From Oculina patagonica (Eukaryota): 64,000 nucleotides of DNA. How positions within the stretch are numbered: position 1 is the stretch's first letter; each line of letters starts with the position of its first letter. This document shows positions 59,601 to 64,000 of the stretch, piece by piece. The position numbers and the translations under genes are program-made. The stretch covers positions 16,058,001 through 16,122,000 of the forward strand of contig NC_135767.1 of NCBI RefSeq assembly GCF_052425735.1, given 5' to 3'. Below the pieces are notes generated by a model. It was not told where the DNA came from, did no database searches, and saw nothing but the letters and a program-made list of their open reading frames with translations.

Positions 59601-62600
59601 CCCATCGTGTCTAAATAAACGTTTTGATTGATTGATTGATTGATTGATTGAACAGGTTAAAGAGCATGAATAATTTTCTCTTATCATGGGCGTCGAGTTG
59701 TCTATGACAGAGTTTTCATTCAGGGGGCTTAGTCCTTCCTAGACATATAACCAGAAACCCATAAGGGTTGAAACGTGTAACTCGCGCGCACAGCGTTTGA
59801 ATTTTCATTTTGCTAAGTACCATATTTGGAAACACGAAGAATTTGTACGCGGATGCTTTATACACGTAATGACACACACAGGAAAACTTTTGGTTTTACG
59901 GTAAGTTGCTTGAATTTCGACCTAAACGCCGTACATTCCTTACAGAAACTAAAGAAATACGTTAAGTGTATAGAAGCGAAGTTCTCCAGACTAGCTATCT
60001 CGTTGAGATATGAAGCTAAGTGCATGACCACTATAAACATATATTTATTTATTTATTTTTTAAGAAGATGAAACAGGAGAATTTAACCAAATTTAACTTT
60101 TTTCAACCACGCTTGTTCAAAAACAAGATTACGCCATCGAGCGCGAGCTAGCGCGCGCTGAAAATTTAATCCAAATATAGTAATTTTGATTGGTTAAATG
60201 GCTCTCGTAATTTTCCAAATATGGTACTTAGTGTAAACGAATGTGCAAACGCTTTGTACAATGCGAATCATGGAAAGTTACACGTTTCAACCCTTATGGG
60301 TTTCTGATATAACTTATAATATATATTACTTTGATGCTAAAGGTTTTTACAATTCCCTTGTTATTTACAGATGTTTCAGCCCCACTCTTCTCCAACTGTC
60401 CATCAAATATTGTTGCCCACGCTGACAGACGCAAAACCTCAACACAAGTCACGTGGTCTCATCCGGCCGTTACAGACAACTCTGGCGTGATCCCCAACGT
60501 AACGCACTCCGGCAAACAACCTGGGGACATTTTCCCTGCAGGAGAACACAACATCCGGTACTTGGCCTCTGATAAAACGGGAAACGTTGCCGAATGCAAG
60601 TTTAAGATCTTCGTCATAGGTAATTGCCCTACACAGCGATGGCGTGTTTCATCTACCGGTGTAACTTGTGATAGTGATGATAATCAATTTTCAAAGGTAT
60701 TCCAAGTTGGGAGACTTTTTTAACGATTTTAAATTATTCTTCTACCAAACCGCGAGATTTAAGTCTCACGAAATTGGTCTCTTTGATGTTCGCGAAGTTA
60801 CGTTCCCTCGAAAATAAGTAACATTAAGGTATTTTGAAATATAGAAACATTAGCCTCCGTTTATACTATGATTTCATATCCATTTCCATGGTATTTTTCT
60901 AATGGGTTCCTGTCATCAAAAAGTATTTTCTAAAAAGTGAAAATTTCGAAATCAAGCTTAGAATTAACGACAGTTCGACGTTCACCTCAACAAAGAAGGT
61001 TCAGTTGCCGTTAATTAATGTAGAACGAAAACACGATGTTTCACTTTACACTGGGAATAAAAACTAATAAAAAGGATCGTAATATTGACTTTTCCTTTTC
61101 AGTTGTCCGTTGCTCTCCTAAGTTGTATGCCCCAGCCGGTGGCGCCTCGCAGTGTACCAAAGACAATCAGTATGGTTCAGAATGCTCCTTCGCTTGTCAC
61201 GATGGACACACAATGACAGGCTCTTCCCGCAGAGTTTGTGAAAAGGATCCAGTTACGTCCGTGGGCTTCTGGACAGGAAATGAGACCAAATGTGAATGTA
61301 CGTAAACGACAATGTAGGATGTCCGAACTTATAATTTCATACTATATTGCGCGAGTGTTTGCAATTCACAACAAACGGGAGCCAAAAGTAGCCATATCTC
61401 ATTTACATGTTCACCCGTGTACTTTTTTGTTTCAACCTTTAAAATACTGTAGGTCATTTCAAAGTTCTATGAACCTCTGCTGTGGCTTGGTGAAGACCCT
61501 TTCATATATATTAATATACATGGAAATTAGTTTTATTTCTTAAATGTTCTCCACGGCCCTTTTTCATATCGTAAGGCAGGGGCAGTTAGCAGCTCTTACG
61601 TGGTAGTGCGTTATGTGGTTTTTGTTGCAAATATCGTTTTCATTTTACGTTATCAGAATATTTAAGAAAAACTTCATTCTTACTAACTTTTTACAATCGA
61701 AGCTTTCAAAATAAAATTTGTCATTTCTGTCTACAAAATTGCAGAGAGAAATGTGTCATTTGATGTTAACTTTGTATTTTTCTAGTGGTCAGGTGCCGTC
61801 GTCTTATCCCACCCCCTCACAGTCTACAGTCTGGTTGCGGAGGCGGTTCCTCGTACAACGTATTTGGTGACAAATGTCTGTTATACTGCAATCGTGGCTA
61901 CCGGCAGGTAAATGGATCAACTGAGAGAATCTGTCAAGCAAATGGCACCTGGTCTGGAGAAGAACCTTACTGTCAAGGTAACGGGAGGAATACTTTGAAT
62001 TATTCCTTTTGTTAAAAAAAACTTCCAATTTCTGTTTAAACTAGGCATGGGAGACTTTGTTTGCAAGAAAAACAGCAATCCTCGAGAAAAGGAATTGTGA
62101 TTGTGTGTGTGTGTGTGGGTGGGTGTTTTTTTTCTTCAGATTTCCCAATATTTAAAACGGGTCCCATCTATACCTGCAAAGTGAAGCCCATCGACAGATG
62201 AAAATCAGGTTGTAGATCATTGGTGTGTGTATTAGGACCTCAATTGCTGAAATGCTATGCTGCTTCGTTCAGATGTTTTGATTATCTTATTACAAAAATG
62301 CATTTAGGAGAAGTGTTGAATTATCACATGTGACTCTAACGGCAGGCTATTGCCATATTGCATTACTTTTATGTTTTTAAACACAAAAGGAAAAGAACTT
62401 TAGGCTCATAAAAGCTGGCAAAGAAGGCAAATAATGATGGGTGGAAAACCAAAGCAAGAAGCTAATTTATATTCTTAGTAGTTTCGGTCAAAGGAGAGCT
62501 CTGCGTAAATCATTAATTAAAGCTGGCAAAGAAGGCAAATAATGATGGGTGGAAAACCAAAGCAAGAAGCTAATTTATATTCTTAGTAGTTTCGGTCAAA

Positions 62601-64000
62601 GGAGAGCTCTGCGTAAATCATTAATTTTCTTCTACAAGTGATAGATATGTAATTTTCCCGCGGAGGAAACGTAAAGCCTCGATCAAACGGTCATGATAGT
62701 TGATGATAGTTCACTGCTTCCAACTATCATTCACTATCATATTGACTATCATGTTTGCGATCAAACGCTCCATGATAGTCGATGATAGTTTGTCGAAATC
62801 ACTCAATGCGCTCGCGCATTTCATTTTTGCTTTTCTCGTTCTCAACTCCACTATCACTCGGTGCAGAAATGTTTTCATGTTTTTTCCTTGTTTCCGATGC
62901 TTTCACGCCATCTCTTGCTTTTGGCAGCGATATTTTCAGTGCTTTCTCGACGCTGTTATTACTCTTCTTCTTCCCACTTACTTTCTCGTTTTCAGCTTCA
63001 CTATAGTCCAAATATTAATCTAAATTTCGGTTTTCTTCTTCGACGAACGATAGAATTTCCTCTGCGGAAGCCATGAATCTTGGATTGAGCCCGTCTTGAC
63101 TGAACCACTGACCGATAAACTATCACATGCACTATCATCCCCGCGATCAAACGGTAAAAACTATCATGAACTATCATGTTGAATTTGAGCACGTCCAAAC
63201 TGCATGATAGTTGATGATAGTGCATGATAGTTCGTGTTCAAACGCGCGTGATGGTTGGAACTCTCATCAACTCTCATCAACTATCATGACCGTTTGACCG
63301 GGGTTTAACGAAACTGTCTTTTTCCGTTTCATAGTCGTTCGTTGTAAATCTCTTGAAGTTCCAAAAGATGGTCATCTAACACCAAGCTCTTGCAAAGCCA
63401 CTCCAGAATACGAAACCACGTGTCACTTCTCATGCCCCAAAGGCTACAGGTTACATGGACAACCAATAGCGACTTGCCTTAGTAATGGACAGTGGTCGAA
63501 AAACACCACTACTCTCTGTGAAGGTTAGATTTTCTTCCTATCTAATTTTCCGTGTTTTCTTAAAATCTTAATAAAATCACAAACATACTCACTCAGAATT
63601 TAAAATGTATGACTGCAAATTCATGGTTCGTTTATCTTGTAGTCCTTAGCTATGCCGTCAGAATACCCTTTACAATGGGGGCTCTAGCATGGACACCGAT
63701 AACATTGTGATCCGAAATGCTAAAATGTAATGCAATTTTATGTGTTATCACTATATCTGGTCCCTACCCTATTCACAGCATTGGTATAAAAACATTGAAC
63801 CTCTGTATTTGTTACTAATATCTGCAGATGTAGAAACCCCTTCCTTTGGCTTAACTTGCCCGAGTGATATCAAACAGTATGCAGACATGGAGAAGAACTA
63901 TACAACTATTAATTGGCTGCCCGTTGTGGCTACTGATAACTCTGGCCTGGTACCGACTGTAACCTCTAGTGGTGTGAAGAACATATACTACCAAGGAAAG
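47088..64000 (+). CDS. Secreted or surface SVEP1-like mosaic protein: SP-Arg-rich-TSP1-EGF-(CCP)2-HYR-(CCP)3-HYR-(CCP)3-HYR... (3' end beyond window)
   Basis: Phase-1 exons: 47088-47280, 50074-50349, 51886-52083, 52855-53037, 54425-54673, 56376-56570, 57349-57540, 58927-59127, 60371-60619, 61103-61297, 61786-61977, 63335-63523, 63828->64000; no internal stops seen. Confidence 0.88.
48063..48858 (+). mobile_element. Hairpin-headed non-autonomous element
   Basis: Degenerate hairpin 48063-48250, subterminal IR tttata(c/a)aataac, AACCAAT near distal end. Confidence 0.65.
48896..49318. mobile_element. Harbinger-like MITE
   Basis: GGGCCTGTTTAAATGG..TTGTCCCTGG vs CCAGGGCAA..CATACAAACAGGCCC. Confidence 0.65.
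50074..50349 (+). CDS. Gene 4 exon 2: TSP1 + EGF
   Basis: GYWGSWQNWG...TRYRYCNNPPPAYGGSYCRG; DECSLGLAQCEHLCSNSYGSYKCSCYSGY. Confidence 0.9.
50496..51418. mobile_element. Tc1/pogo-type MITE with nested piggyBac-type MITE (50909-51343)
   Basis: tatagtcgaacctctc / gagaggttcaacagta ends, TACGGACAC repeats; inner TTAA|CCCTTTC ... GAAAGGG|TTAA. Confidence 0.75.
51886..52083 (+). CDS. Gene 4 exon 3: sushi/CCP
   Basis: ITC...SPSNG...CVVTCNHGF...CENDGHW...C. Confidence 0.88.
52855..53037 (+). CDS. Gene 4 exon 4: sushi/CCP
   Basis: RACPPLNVPDNG...CSFECSPGY...TCDNGHW...CQ (not in ORF track). Confidence 0.88.
53115..53430 (+). mobile_element. Hairpin-headed non-autonomous element
   Basis: 190-bp hairpin taagcaacagaccgcactttct ... 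agaaagtgcggtttattgcttta; AACCAATCAG at about 53410. Confidence 0.7.
54090..54267. other. Assembly gap (N run)
   Basis: 178 N. Confidence 1.
54425..54673 (+). CDS. Gene 4 exon 5: HYR
   Basis: DVEAPSFGETCP...VSW...ATDND...YTATDPS.NTKLCHFLVTV. Confidence 0.9.
55403..55695 (+). mobile_element. Near full-length tRNA-derived SINE (CORE-like)
   Basis: A box TGGCCTAATGG, B box GGTTCGAGGCC, TTCTTGGGCAAGACACTTTACTCTC core, ACTTT tail; homologous to 11367-11592. Confidence 0.88.
55821..56087. mobile_element. PIF/Harbinger-type MITE
   Basis: TTA|GGCTATGTTTACACGGGACCGGTCCGGAAC ... GTTCCGGACCGGTCCCGTGTAAACGAAGCC|TTA. Confidence 0.9.
56376..56570 (+). CDS. Gene 4 exon 6: sushi/CCP
   Basis: LRC...APANG...CRFTCFKGYELKGS.ERKC...WTGNGTSCE. 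Confidence 0.88.
56583..56879 (+). mobile_element. Hairpin-headed non-autonomous element
   Basis: Hairpin 56585-56688; perfect subterminal IR ttagtagaaact / agtttctactaa; AACCAATCAG. Confidence 0.78.
57349..57540 (+). CDS. Gene 4 exon 7: sushi/CCP
   Basis: IRCPSL...CFFSCMLGY...RTCLETRQWSGTELQCQ. Confidence 0.88.
58927..59127 (+). CDS. Gene 4 exon 8: sushi/CCP
   Basis: ITCPPLTIQSEG...ECRFSCKGGY...KTCNQFKTWAPLGNPWCK. Confidence 0.88.
59623..59650. repeat. (TTGA)n microsatellite following AATAAA, probable LINE 3' tail
   Basis: aaataaacgttttgattgattgattg... Confidence 0.7.
60371..60619 (+). CDS. Gene 4 exon 9: HYR
   Basis: DVSAPLFSNCPSNI...VTWSHPAVTDNSG...YLASDKTGNVAECKFKIFV. Confidence 0.9.
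61103..61297 (+). CDS. Gene 4 exon 10: sushi/CCP
   Basis: VRC...CSFACHDGH...RVCE...FWTGNETKCE. Confidence 0.88.
61786..61977 (+). CDS. Gene 4 exon 11: sushi/CCP
   Basis: VRCRRL...CLLYCNRGY...RICQANGTWSGEEPYCQ. Confidence 0.88.
62411..62626. repeat. Perfect 108-bp tandem duplication
   Basis: aaagctggcaaagaagg...cattaatt at 62411 and 62519. Confidence 0.92.
62675..63305. mobile_element. PIF/Harbinger-type MITE
   Basis: TAA|AGCCTCGATCAAACGGTCATGATAGTTGATGA ... TCATCAACTATCATGACCGTTTGACCGGGGTT|TAA; internal (A)CTATCAT repeats. Confidence 0.85.
63335..63523 (+). CDS. Gene 4 exon 12: sushi/CCP
   Basis: VRCKSLEVPKDG...CHFSCPKGYRLHG...TCLSNGQWS...CE. Confidence 0.88.
63828..64000 (+). CDS. Gene 4 exon 13 (partial): HYR
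   Basis: DVETPSFGLTCPSDI...INWLPVVATDNSG; runs off the window. Confidence 0.88.

Noticed and set aside
62700-63225. Cluster of overlapping ORFs
   Set aside because: All lie inside a Harbinger-type MITE and have low-complexity composition; no transposase motifs

Overview
AT-rich, intron-rich eukaryotic DNA. The repeat landscape resembles that of a stony coral or other anthozoan (inference). I assembled four loci by hand from GT-AG junctions and codon phases. (1) The 3' part of a + strand gene encoding a disordered, Pro-rich protein with several Tyr motifs and a triplicated 35-aa repeat (380-7531). (2) A disrupted, intronless rolling stone-like membrane-protein sequence on the - strand (about 10000-10725). 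(3) A 27-exon - strand type I receptor gene (41716 to 12621): signal peptide, three YWTD beta-propeller/EGF units, a CCP(sushi)/HYR stalk, a SEA-like domain with an RRRR furin site, a Cys-rich GCC repeat, a TM helix and an NPxY tail. One sushi exon is internally deleted and carries a stop, and a coding-like 37-codon frame continues past the terminal TAG. (4) Head-to-head with it, a + strand gene (47088 to beyond 64000): signal peptide, Cys/Arg-rich N-terminus, TSP1, EGF, then the same (CCP)3-HYR module repeated. The introns are full of MITEs, tRNA-SINEs and LINE remnants. They also hold a set of hairpin-headed elements whose stems differ but whose apex (tandem GA/GA mismatch plus GNA loop) is conserved. 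There are two N gaps.
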